64,000 nucleotides of DNA from Actinomycetes bacterium (GTDB lineage: Bacteria; Auribacterota; JAJCYG01), in NCBI GenBank assembly GCA_029263055.1, contig JAJCYG010000036.1, positions 6,708 through 70,707 of the forward strand. Direction: 5' to 3'. The position numbers and the translations under genes were made by a program. Under the pieces are notes generated by a model. That model ran no database searches. It was not told where the DNA came from and saw only the letters and a program-made list of their open reading frames with translations. Position 1 is the first letter of the stretch, and every line of letters starts with the position of its first letter. Positions 1-8,145 of this stretch are shown here, in pieces.

Positions 1-423
1 TTTTTCTTTTAATAGGTGTGCTGCTTGGCTATGATGAACATTCATCATTGTGCTGGCATGTTTAGGGATTTTAACATTCATTTCATTCATTAGGTAAAGA
101 AGGCCTAAATCGTGAATAATGAGAGCATCTGGCTTGAGTTCTTCTAAGTATAAAAGGTATTCTTTTAGAGAAGCAATTTCTAAAGACGTTAGAAGGCTGT
201 TAAGAGTGATATAGGCTTTGACATTATGTTGATGAGCATATTCAATGGCTTTAGCTAAATCTTCATCTTTAAAATTAAGCCAATCACCATGCTGTCTCAT
301 TGCATATCGTTTACTACTAAGATAAACCGCATCGGCTCCAGCCCGAATAACAGCTTCCAAAGCCTCTTGAGAACCTGCTGGGGCTAAAAGTTCAATTCTT
401 TTGTTTTTATTGATCTTATGCAT
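1..423 (-). CDS. Peptidase U32 family protein, N-terminal 141 aa only (gene continues beyond window start)
   Basis: Absent from the ORF track because there is no stop codon inside the window. The minus-strand frame from ATG 423..421 translates without stops to MHKINKNKRIELLAPAGSQEALEAVIRAGADAVYLSSKRYAMRQHGDW...NVKAYITLNSLL...DALIIHDLG. The LLAPAG, GADAVY and AYITxN blocks are typical of the U32 (PrtC/YdcP/UbiU-UbiV-like) family. The ATG overlaps the stop of the upstream MqnA/D-like gene (TAATG). Confidence 0.7.
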   Translation of the reverse strand, partial: MHKINKNKRIELLAPAGSQEALEAVIRAGADAVYLSSKRYAMRQHGDWLNFKDEDLAKAIEYAHQHNVKAYITLNSLLTSLEIASLKEYLLYLEELKPDALIIHDLGLLYLMNEMNVKIPKHASTMMNVHHSQAAHLLKEK

Positions 424-1282
424 ATTCAACATCTCTTTCTTTTTGAGAAAAGACAATGTCTTGTTGAGGAACGTAATCGATTAATTTTCTCTGATAAGCT
501 CGTAGATAAAGTGTTTTTAGACCTAGAAGTACATCCTCGGGCATAGATAAGGTGTCTTCATTGGCAAACATTTTGACAAAATCATTTCGAACAATGCTTT
601 TTGGACCTCGTCCAAAATGACTTGCGAATTTTAATGCTTTAACAGGATGTTTCAATGCATAAACCATGCTTGCTTGAACCATCTCTTGAATTTGTTTTAT
701 TTTTTCTTCACCTAAGTCTCTTCGAACAACATTGAGACCAACAGGAAGGGGAAGGTGGGTCTCTTGATACCACTTGTTCCCTAAGCAGCAAACTTTATCT
801 ATTGTGCGTTGCGTATAATTTAAAAGTTCTTCATGAATTAAAACTCCCGCATCGACTTCTTCTGATTCAATAGCATCAGCAATAGCATCAAAGGGAAGGT
901 TGACTACTTCAAAATCTTGGTAAAAGTATCTTAATAAAAAATAACCTGTTGTGCTGCAACCAGGAACGCCTACTTTCTTTCCTGCTAGAGAGGTGATTTT
1001 TTTCCCTTTTTTACAACCTAGTACAGGTCCGTATCCTCGACCGACACTGGCTCCTGAAGACAAAATCGCATAATCCTTATCTATCTTTGGATAAAAAATA
1101 GATGAAATCGCGCAGACATCAAATATGCCCATGAGCGCCATTTCATTTAAATCGCGGATATGACCCTGGTAAAACTTAAATGAGTATTCTTTCGAAAGGG
1201 CTATCTTGTTTTTTTCTAAAGCATAATAGTGAAAGGCATCATCGGGATCAGGTGTGTAACCTATTCTTAGAAGCGTTTTCAT
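416..1282 (-). CDS. MqnA/MqnD-family protein (futalosine-route menaquinone biosynthesis family, periplasmic-binding-protein-like fold)
   Basis: 288 aa. The N-terminal LRIGYTPDPDDAFHYYAL and the SSGASVGRGYGPV block resemble the xSPxxNDxFxFYAL and PSGASxGDGYGPV signatures of MqnA (chorismate dehydratase) and MqnD. It is coupled on both sides, sharing a start/stop nucleotide with each neighbour. Confidence 0.55.
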   Translation of the reverse strand: MKTLLRIGYTPDPDDAFHYYALEKNKIALSKEYSFKFYQGHIRDLNEMALMGIFDVCAISSIFYPKIDKDYAILSSGASVGRGYGPVLGCKKGKKITSLAGKKVGVPGCSTTGYFLLRYFYQDFEVVNLPFDAIADAIESEEVDAGVLIHEELLNYTQRTIDKVCCLGNKWYQETHLPLPVGLNVVRRDLGEEKIKQIQEMVQASMVYALKHPVKALKFASHFGRGPKSIVRNDFVKMFANEDTLSMPEDVLLGLKTLYLRAYQRKLIDYVPQQDIVFSQKERDVEYA

Positions 1283-2364
1283 TAATAAATTCCTCCCTCA
1301 ACTTTAAGTGTTAAATTATTTAAAGGCTGTGGATCTGCAATCCCATCCCATAAGCAACCTAATGCGATTGATTCTTCATTTATGGCATTTCGAATGCCTG
1401 TATCTCGTTCTAAAACATTTGGAAGAAAAACACTTTCATCTAATCGGTGAAATAAAACCTGGCCACGTTGATTGGGTTCAATAGGAGTCTTCAATCTTTC
1501 ATTTAAAGGAATGGATTTATCTAAGGAAATTAATTCAATTTGTAGTCGTTCTGAATGTGAATAATAGATGATTTGAGACGGCTCTTCTTTTAAGTCTTTT
1601 AAGCCGTGACAAACGCCAAAGAGACTGTTTCCGTAACCTGGAATAAGCACGGCATTAGGAAAGGAGTTCTTTATTTTTTTTATGGCCTCTTTTGAAATGG
1701 ACATGCCTCCAATATAAATACCTTTAATTTTTTCTCGGATGGTCTTATTTAATAGACTACTAATTGATTCTAAGACAATTGGAGTTGTAAATAAGTTCTC
1801 TATAAGTTGAGTGTTTAAAATCCTTATGGCTTGGCTTGTTACGTGATTCATGTATCGGTTTCGGGCAATAGACTTTGGGGCAAGCTTTCGATACCAGCGT
1901 GGGTCAAAGTCGATTGAAAAGGGGTCTGCACCACTTAATTTTTGTGCAATAGCATGTGAAGCTTTACCAATAACATGTGGCCCTCCGGGACCGATCCAGA
2001 GCCATCTTCCTTTGCCCGAAAACCCAAGATGTTGGGCTACTTGAGTAAAGGGATGAACGAAAATCTCTTCAAATTCATCTTTAAAGTAAGCGGTTGTTTT
2101 TGGAGTTCCTATTGTGCCACCTGTTTCGCAGAAAATTAGAGGCCGTTTTTCTTTTAAAAACTTTATAGGAATAAATTCTTCTATGGGTCTATTTGTTAAA
2201 TCGTCTAATTCCATTGACCCAAGTTTATATAGATCTTTTTTTTGTTGAATTTGATCGCGAACAGAAAAACCAAGTTTTTTCTCTTTTTTAAGCCAATAAG
2301 CACTCCCATGATTAGGATCAAAATGTAAATTGATAATAGTTTGAAGTCTAGAGAGAGATGTCAT
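1282..2364 (-). CDS. Small adenylate-forming enzyme (PaaK / coenzyme F390 synthetase / LuxE acyl-protein-synthetase-like)
   Basis: 360 aa. FCETGGTIGTPK matches the (S/T)SGTTGxPK phosphate-binding loop of small ANL-type adenylating enzymes. There are no TM segments. It overlaps the upstream MMPL gene by 17 nt. Confidence 0.5.
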   Translation of the reverse strand: MTSLSRLQTIINLHFDPNHGSAYWLKKEKKLGFSVRDQIQQKKDLYKLGSMELDDLTNRPIEEFIPIKFLKEKRPLIFCETGGTIGTPKTTAYFKDEFEEIFVHPFTQVAQHLGFSGKGRWLWIGPGGPHVIGKASHAIAQKLSGADPFSIDFDPRWYRKLAPKSIARNRYMNHVTSQAIRILNTQLIENLFTTPIVLESISSLLNKTIREKIKGIYIGGMSISKEAIKKIKNSFPNAVLIPGYGNSLFGVCHGLKDLKEEPSQIIYYSHSERLQIELISLDKSIPLNERLKTPIEPNQRGQVLFHRLDESVFLPNVLERDTGIRNAINEESIALGCLWDGIADPQPLNNLTLKVEGGIY

Positions 2365-4558
2365 TGTTTGGCTCCATTTTTGGTAAGAATTGAACTAAAG
2401 CGGGTAACATAAAAAGATCACATAAATAAGCGCTAAAAATAGCAATCATAGAGAGAATGCTGAATTGAATAATTGGAATAAAGTTGGATATTAAAAGAGA
2501 TGAAAACCCTAGACAAACAACAATAGATGTTAATCCAATAGCAGGGCCAATTTCTTTGACTGCTTCAGCCATGTTCTTTTTATTTTTATAGGTATAGAGA
2601 AGAAAAATGGTGTCATCCACAATAACGCCAATAAGAACAGCAGCGACAAAGACATTGATGTTGTTTATAGAGATGTTTAGTAAGGACATGATTCCGGCTG
2701 TAATGATAATGGGAAAAATGTTAGCGATCATAGAGATGAAGGCAATTTTAATTGATTTAAAAAGGATTAAAAAGCAGAGCGAAATAAGAAGAATTAAGAG
2801 AATAAACGTTTTGACCTGATTAGCTAAAAGTTGGGTTTGAGATTCAAGGATCAGAGGAATAATGCCTGTTATAGAGATTCTTACGTTTTCAGTTGAGATA
2901 TCTCTCCAAATGGTCTCAATGTTTTTCTTTATTTCAGGAAACCGTTTATCAGAGAAGTTTTTGAATCTTAGAGTCATTCTTGATGTCTCTTCTGACTCTG
3001 TTAAGAATATTGTTTTTGCTTGAGGAGAGCGTTGTTCGATTTTTCTCAAGGCTTTAATGAGTAAAGGATGGTTGTTATGGTTTTTATTAAGGCCTCCTCG
3101 ATGCATTTTTTTGAGTGCCTCATCCAGTGGATCAAAGATAGAGTTAATCTTAGTTAGTTCAGGGATTGTTTGCAGTCTTTGTTCAAAGGAGTATATTTTA
3201 TTTAATGAGTCTTTATTTGTTAAAGGTTGTTTGTCTAAAGATTGGAGAAGCAATTGAACCGTCAAAGTGCCTGTTAAGTTTTTTTCGGTTGATTGATAGG
3301 ACTTAATCAAAGGAGAATCTTGTTTAAAAAAGAATAATGCATCAGAATTAATTTTAAGTTTATTTAATTGAAAACCTAAGAAAAGTGTTATTAAACAAAA
3401 AAGAACAAGAATTAAGAGTGCTACTGGCTTTGACTGTTTTTGAAATCCCTTAATTTTAAATGTGAACGCTTGGATTGAGTGAAAATTTCCGTTGAGTAGA
3501 TGGTATAGGCTTGGAATAAAGAAATAGGCTGAGACAAAAGCTAAAAAAATTCCTATAGGAGCAATCCATCCAATGAGTGAAATAGCTTGCTGAGGAGAGA
3601 ATAAAAAAGCGGTTGTTCCCAGAGCAGTGGTAAAGGAAGCCATTAAACCTGGTGTAAAGGTCTCTTTATAAGCTTTTTTAAATGGGTGTGAAGCATGTTT
3701 ATTTAAGGCTATTTTATAAAAAAGGTGTATGGATAGGGTTGTCACAATACAGAACAAAAGAGGAAAAATTATTAACGAAGCTAAGGTAATAGAGACTTTA
3801 AATAGAGGGAATAAACAGAGTGTTGTTAAAACACTAAAGAGAGTTCCCATAGAGACGCAAAAGGCTATTTTAAAGCTTTTGAAGTAGAACATAAGTATTA
3901 GAAAAGAGAGAATGAGAAGCAATGGCAATATTTTAGTCAGGTCTTTTTTTAGAGAAGTCGCTAAAAATTTTGAAAAATAAATGGGCCCAGTTGTGTCAAA
4001 AGAGATATTGAGTTGTTTAAAGCGAAAGTTTAGGTCTTCATAAATGGTTTGATTTTTATTTTTTGAAGACGATTGAGCAAAAACAATAAGTGCTGATGTT
4101 TGTTTGTCCTTGGAGAGTACTAATTGGGACCATCCCTGGTGTTGGGATAGAGTTTGGATAAAGGTGTTTAGCTTAGAAAGGTGAATCGAAGGATTGGTAT
4201 AAAGTTCATTATAATTAAGGTTGTTTTCTTCTAAAAAGAGACTAATAGGATCAATAAAGTCTTCTACATTGGGATCTTTGGTCAATAGTTCTAAGAATTC
4301 AACATAATCTTTTAATAAAGAGTCATTGAGAATAGCTTGAGTATTAAAAGAAAATTGAAGGTATTCATCGTTTTTAAAGTGATGTGTGAGTTTTTGATAG
4401 CTTTGGTATAGAGGATCTTCTTTGTTTATCCAATCGTGAATATTGTTCTCTAGATGTGCTTTTGGTAATAAGAATAAAGTCCCTGTCATTAAGAGAAGAA
4501 CAATACCTGTTATAAATGGAGAGCGCTTTAAAATAAAGTCAGGAAGTCTCTTCTTCAT
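2348..4558 (-). CDS. MMPL/RND-superfamily exporter (two 6-TM bundles separated by large extracytoplasmic loops)
   Basis: 736 aa. There is an N-terminal TM helix, a roughly 190-aa soluble loop, a cluster of about 5 TM helices, a second roughly 200-aa loop and a C-terminal cluster of about 5 TM helices. This is the topology of MMPL / predicted RND-superfamily lipid exporters. The start overlaps the stop of the reductase gene by 1 nt. Confidence 0.6.
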   Translation of the reverse strand: MKKRLPDFILKRSPFITGIVLLLMTGTLFLLPKAHLENNIHDWINKEDPLYQSYQKLTHHFKNDEYLQFSFNTQAILNDSLLKDYVEFLELLTKDPNVEDFIDPISLFLEENNLNYNELYTNPSIHLSKLNTFIQTLSQHQGWSQLVLSKDKQTSALIVFAQSSSKNKNQTIYEDLNFRFKQLNISFDTTGPIYFSKFLATSLKKDLTKILPLLLILSFLILMFYFKSFKIAFCVSMGTLFSVLTTLCLFPLFKVSITLASLIIFPLLFCIVTTLSIHLFYKIALNKHASHPFKKAYKETFTPGLMASFTTALGTTAFLFSPQQAISLIGWIAPIGIFLAFVSAYFFIPSLYHLLNGNFHSIQAFTFKIKGFQKQSKPVALLILVLFCLITLFLGFQLNKLKINSDALFFFKQDSPLIKSYQSTEKNLTGTLTVQLLLQSLDKQPLTNKDSLNKIYSFEQRLQTIPELTKINSIFDPLDEALKKMHRGGLNKNHNNHPLLIKALRKIEQRSPQAKTIFLTESEETSRMTLRFKNFSDKRFPEIKKNIETIWRDISTENVRISITGIIPLILESQTQLLANQVKTFILLILLISLCFLILFKSIKIAFISMIANIFPIIITAGIMSLLNISINNINVFVAAVLIGVIVDDTIFLLYTYKNKKNMAEAVKEIGPAIGLTSIVVCLGFSSLLISNFIPIIQFSILSMIAIFSAYLCDLFMLPALVQFLPKMEPNNDISL

Positions 4559-6138
4559 TATTCCTCTACGAGCTCCTCTATGAGTCGATCGTCTAGTTGC
4601 TTGAAGTATTCACTAAAGATAAACCCCAGTTTTAAGCCTTGTGACTGGTCTCCTAAAATTTTGAGTTTTCCTTGAAAAAAGGCTTCTCTAGGATTGAGTT
4701 TGCCATGGACCATTTCTTGAAAAACTGATTCTTCAATCTCATATCCAAAATCAAAAGAAGTTTCATTTTTTATTTCTAATTTTTTAAGGTGCCCTAAATT
4801 AAATTCCAAAAGTTCTTCAGTTGTGGAATCTCCTTTAATTCGAAAGAGGACCTTTGATTGAATAAAGTCAGCTCTCTTAAGTAGGCTCGTACCAAAATCT
4901 TGATTGGCAAAGTGGTGTAAGTATTTTTTAGAGTCATTAATATTGAGAGAGTCTAGAGCTGATGAGTGAAGTGAGAAACGTTTTTTGTTTTGTTTAAAAA
5001 AGTTAAGTTCATTTAAATAACTAAGTGCAATTGTATCGAGATTTGTCTTTTGTTCAAAAGGTCTAAGTATTGATTGTTCTTGATTCAGAAGCGTTAATGA
5101 AGGAGAAGAAAAAAGGTATGCTTCGTAAGCTTTTGTTGCGCGTTTAAATCTTTGCTCAAGAGGAGATCTTATTTTATTAGCGAGCTCTTCTTTAGATGTT
5201 AGGGCCACTCCGGAGAGGTTAAGAACTCGACAAAAAGCATCTCGAATAGCACTGAGTTTAAACTCTTTAGAAGCAATAACTGAAATGGTTTTTGATTTTA
5301 TCTCTTTTTGTTCTATTTGATTTAAAACAACATGGGCTAACGTTTGAATAGGAATCAAATTGAGAGAAATGGCTGGGTTCATCACAACCCTTAGAGGGAT
5401 ATGTACTTTATTGTCTGTTAGTTGGATCTCGTATTGGGAGTGAAGTTTTTGAGTTTTTTTTAAGTCGTGTAAACAGCATCGTTTAATAAAGTGGAGGGCT
5501 TTTAAAAAGGTATATAGGGTGGTTGCTGATTGGGTTTCTCCGATTACTGTTCCACCGATAACAATGCTAGGACGGTAGATAATTATGGGTTCAGTTGCCT
5601 TTTTTGTTTTTTCTTTTAAGAAGAGTTCTGCCTTAAATTTAGATTTTTCATATGCATTTTTAAAAGATTGTCCTATGTCGAGATCTTTTGAAGTAAAAGG
5701 CCCCGAATGGTTTCCCGCGACAAAGGCAGTGCTGATATGATGAAACGCTTTGCTTTTTAAATATTGATGGAGTTCATAAGCGTGACAAACACTCAAAAAA
5801 TTATTTTGGTGGAGCTCATTGGCGTAAATATCGTCAAAACAGGTCATGCCTGCAGAGTGAATAAAGTGATCAATATTATTTTTGAGATAATCTAGATGAT
5901 TCTGCTTGAGTCCAAATCGAGGAAGGGAGATGTCCCCCTCATACACAAATAGTTGCTCTTTTATTTGACTCGATGTGAGCTGTGTAAAAGGCTGCAGCAG
6001 CTGATGTAGACGTTCTTTTAATTTGCCTTCTTTTTTTCGGACGAGAGTGTGAACTCGATATCCTTTATTAAGAAGGCCTGCTAAAAGATGTTTGCCGATA
6101 TAGCCTGTAGCCCCAGTTAAAAATATGTTTTTTACCAT
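4558..6138 (-). CDS. NAD(P)-dependent thioester/fatty-acyl reductase (NAD_binding_4 type) fused to a C-terminal SCP2 lipid-carrier domain
   Basis: The N-terminal IFLTGATGYIGKHLL Rossmann motif and YRPSIVIGG are as in male-sterility/thioester-reductase domains. The C-terminal HGKLNPREAFFQGKLKILGDQSQGLKLGFIF matches the SCP2 sterol-carrier signature. 526 aa. Confidence 0.6.
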   Translation of the reverse strand: MVKNIFLTGATGYIGKHLLAGLLNKGYRVHTLVRKKEGKLKERLHQLLQPFTQLTSSQIKEQLFVYEGDISLPRFGLKQNHLDYLKNNIDHFIHSAGMTCFDDIYANELHQNNFLSVCHAYELHQYLKSKAFHHISTAFVAGNHSGPFTSKDLDIGQSFKNAYEKSKFKAELFLKEKTKKATEPIIIYRPSIVIGGTVIGETQSATTLYTFLKALHFIKRCCLHDLKKTQKLHSQYEIQLTDNKVHIPLRVVMNPAISLNLIPIQTLAHVVLNQIEQKEIKSKTISVIASKEFKLSAIRDAFCRVLNLSGVALTSKEELANKIRSPLEQRFKRATKAYEAYLFSSPSLTLLNQEQSILRPFEQKTNLDTIALSYLNELNFFKQNKKRFSLHSSALDSLNINDSKKYLHHFANQDFGTSLLKRADFIQSKVLFRIKGDSTTEELLEFNLGHLKKLEIKNETSFDFGYEIEESVFQEMVHGKLNPREAFFQGKLKILGDQSQGLKLGFIFSEYFKQLDDRLIEELVEE

Positions 6139-6257
6139 GAATGAAAGAACCTATTATTTATGTTTTGGTTATGTTAAAGGATGGACTTAAATCTTAGATT
6201 AAAAGAGGATTAACTTTTTTTAATAATAGAGGCTGTTGTTATTTTTTTTCTTGTTCT

Positions 6258-6542
6258 TTACCAGGTGTTTTGGCAGGAATTACAAAACCATTCAGGGTAG
6301 CAGTCGTGAATAATGCACCCTCCGAGTCTAACTTTTCCTTTTTCAGCTTTTTTGAGTAGCTCGGGTCCAGGAAAACCATACACAATAGGGATGGTGTTTT
6401 TGTTTGAGTGGCACTGTCTGCAAAAGTCTCCTGGATCTTCTAAAGTTGCGTTATGAGGTTGTTTGCCATCACTCCATGACGGAGTGGGTGTCACAAGGAA
6501 CAAAATCAAAAAGAGTGGATAGAGTTTGATGAGTTGTTTCAT
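6258..6542 (-). CDS. Small secreted Cys-rich protein with a CXXCH motif (possible mono-haem c-type cytochrome or zinc-ribbon protein)
   Basis: 94 aa. Signal peptide MKQLIKLYPLFLILFLVTPTPSWS. Six Cys residues, including CRQCH (a haem c-binding-type motif) and CNSC. It is the last gene of the co-directional minus-strand gene string that begins with the two-component system. Confidence 0.45.
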   Translation of the reverse strand: MKQLIKLYPLFLILFLVTPTPSWSDGKQPHNATLEDPGDFCRQCHSNKNTIPIVYGFPGPELLKKAEKGKVRLGGCIIHDCYPEWFCNSCQNTW

Positions 6543-6585
6543 TTTACCTCAATTAATTTGACGTAAAAAAGAAGTCGATATTCCT

Positions 6586-7506
6586 CTATTTTATTCTATT
6601 AATGACAGCGTTATAGAGGAGACGTCCCTTATAGTCGATAAATTCCGCTCGCATCTGATCTTTGTTTATTGTTAGACCTAAAAATCCACAGATTCCTTGA
6701 GAAAATAAAGCCTCATCTTTGCCTGTTTCTCTTGTTTTGCAGCCTGTCCCTGAAACAAGATAATCAATCGTGCCATGTGGATTGAGGTGTTGGAGGTTGT
6801 GCTCATGGCCACAGAGGTATGCTTGAACAGAATATTTTTCTAATATCGGTTTTACATGTTTGATTAACTCTTCTGATTTTTTATATCTTGGACCTGCAGA
6901 ATAAACTGGATGATGGCCAATAACAATGTTCCATTGAGCCTTTGATTCAGAAAGTGTTTTTTCAAGCCATTTAAGTTGTCGGCCAATCTCTTGATTCTTT
7001 AAATTCTGTTCAAATTTTTTAATGGTGTAATAAAAAAGGATAAAAGGGTTGGTATCTAAAAAGATAAACCGCACTGAGTTTTGAGCATCTATTTGTTTAT
7101 CAATAAAGTAATAACGAGCCGGTAGATTCCATCGATTGCTTATCTTTGAGTAGTCAATTTGAGCTTGGAGATTGCCTGAATAATCATGGTTGCCTAATGA
7201 AGCATACCAAGGAACCATTAAAGATGGGGCAGTATAGACATCTTCAAAAGCATTGTCCCATTTGGGATCTTCAGTACTTTTAACTCCATCTGTATAAAAG
7301 TTATCACCTGTTGTGAGAATGAAATTAGACTGATATTTTTTTGCATAACGGCCCATTTGTTTAGCCACAGATCGTTGGAGGTAAGAGCCTCTTTTTCCCC
7401 AATCACCTAAGGCGATAAAATTAAGATTAGGCTCAGAAATTTGTGGCTGATAGGGTGCTTCAAAACTTAAATATTTTTCAGTAAATAAAACAAATAGACA
7501 TGACAA
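6586..7506 (-). CDS. Purple acid phosphatase-type calcineurin-like metallophosphoesterase
   Basis: GDWG, GDNFY, GNHDY and GHEH metal-ligand motifs occur in the canonical PAP order. There is an N-terminal hydrophobic signal/anchor. Confidence 0.8.
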   Translation of the reverse strand: MSCLFVLFTEKYLSFEAPYQPQISEPNLNFIALGDWGKRGSYLQRSVAKQMGRYAKKYQSNFILTTGDNFYTDGVKSTEDPKWDNAFEDVYTAPSLMVPWYASLGNHDYSGNLQAQIDYSKISNRWNLPARYYFIDKQIDAQNSVRFIFLDTNPFILFYYTIKKFEQNLKNQEIGRQLKWLEKTLSESKAQWNIVIGHHPVYSAGPRYKKSEELIKHVKPILEKYSVQAYLCGHEHNLQHLNPHGTIDYLVSGTGCKTRETGKDEALFSQGICGFLGLTINKDQMRAEFIDYKGRLLYNAVINRIK

Positions 7507-7562
7507 AATAACGAGGCAACATGTGGCAATAATAAAGAATGGCTTTGGCCTATGAGACTTTT

Positions 7563-8132
7563 TCAGTGGAGAGTGTCCTTAAGTTCATTTATTGAAACAA
7601 AAGCAGAAATCATTAATAAAACAGAACCTATGGCTTCGGTTGCCTCTTCTAAATAGTCCTCTATAGGATCAATGATGCTTCTATCTATTGAAACGCTAGA
7701 GTGTAAGGCGCCATGATCTAGAGAGTACCCTAACACCCATAGAAAAAAGGTGGTAGACCAAAGAAGTAAGAGTGTGGGTTGTTGTTTAAGAGCAGCGATG
7801 ATCAATGAGCGCTTTGGATAAGCCCAGAAAATCGCAATTAATATTAAAGTGTAATAGGGGACACTAGAAAAAGGATCCCAATTAAATTCAACGCCATGCC
7901 AGTCCCTAACAGATAAAGCCACTAAAATAGTTCCAAACCAGATAGAAAAAAGGTGTTTGTTTATCCTGTAGTTTAAAAAGCAAAAGAGTGTGCCAATAAC
8001 AAGAGAAGCAAGAGAAAGTATTTCCCAAAAATTTTTATCAAGTCCTAATTGATCTGAAGGAAAATAGAGGGCAAAAAGAATAAGGGTTATAGAAAAAAAA
8101 CCAAGTATGCTTTTAAAGAGAGCCTTCTTCAT
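7563..8132 (-). CDS. Integral membrane protein, unknown function (5-6 TM)
   Basis: 189 aa, strongly hydrophobic with multiple predicted TM helices. It lies 13 nt downstream of the ArnT-like gene on the same strand. Confidence 0.5.
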   Translation of the reverse strand: MKKALFKSILGFFSITLILFALYFPSDQLGLDKNFWEILSLASLVIGTLFCFLNYRINKHLFSIWFGTILVALSVRDWHGVEFNWDPFSSVPYYTLILIAIFWAYPKRSLIIAALKQQPTLLLLWSTTFFLWVLGYSLDHGALHSSVSIDRSIIDPIEDYLEEATEAIGSVLLMISAFVSINELKDTLH

Positions 8133-8145
8133 GTCTTAATCACCT

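Noticed and set aside
1850-4000. Short ORFs from the track nested inside or antisense to larger genes at the left end (1850..2044, 2607..2819, 3057..3257)
   Set aside because: They lie inside well-supported longer CDSs on the opposite strand, have low-complexity translations and have no start-site signals, so I treat them as artefacts. The same judgement applies to the antisense ORFs listed elsewhere in the track. These are 7218..7406, 8855..9070, 10140..10406, 14431..14673, 14919..15122, 20066..20401, 22225..22449, 23591..23923, 25966..26175, 27369..27803, 27936..28148, 28350..28601, 28939..29178, 30211..30492, 31357..31623, 32355..32824, 33817..34041, 34126..34329, 34771..35097, 35414..35635, 35913..36752, 38359..38613, 39504..39704, 41348..41551, 43900..44121, 45278..46381 (the nested ones), 47838..48471, 50151..50420, 50998..51336, 51547..51774, 52377..52628, 56176..56631, 56772..56981, 57847..58470, 58860..59138, 59308..59538, 59762..60067, 60315..60914 and 63492..63710.
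7563-8132. Checked the small multi-TM proteins (7563..8132, 24941..25642, 16409..16822) as possible exosortases for the PEP-CTERM proteins
   Set aside because: They are too short (137-233 aa) and lack the conserved Cys/Arg/Asn catalytic residues and the 8-TM layout of EpsH/exosortase. No exosortase is encoded in this window.
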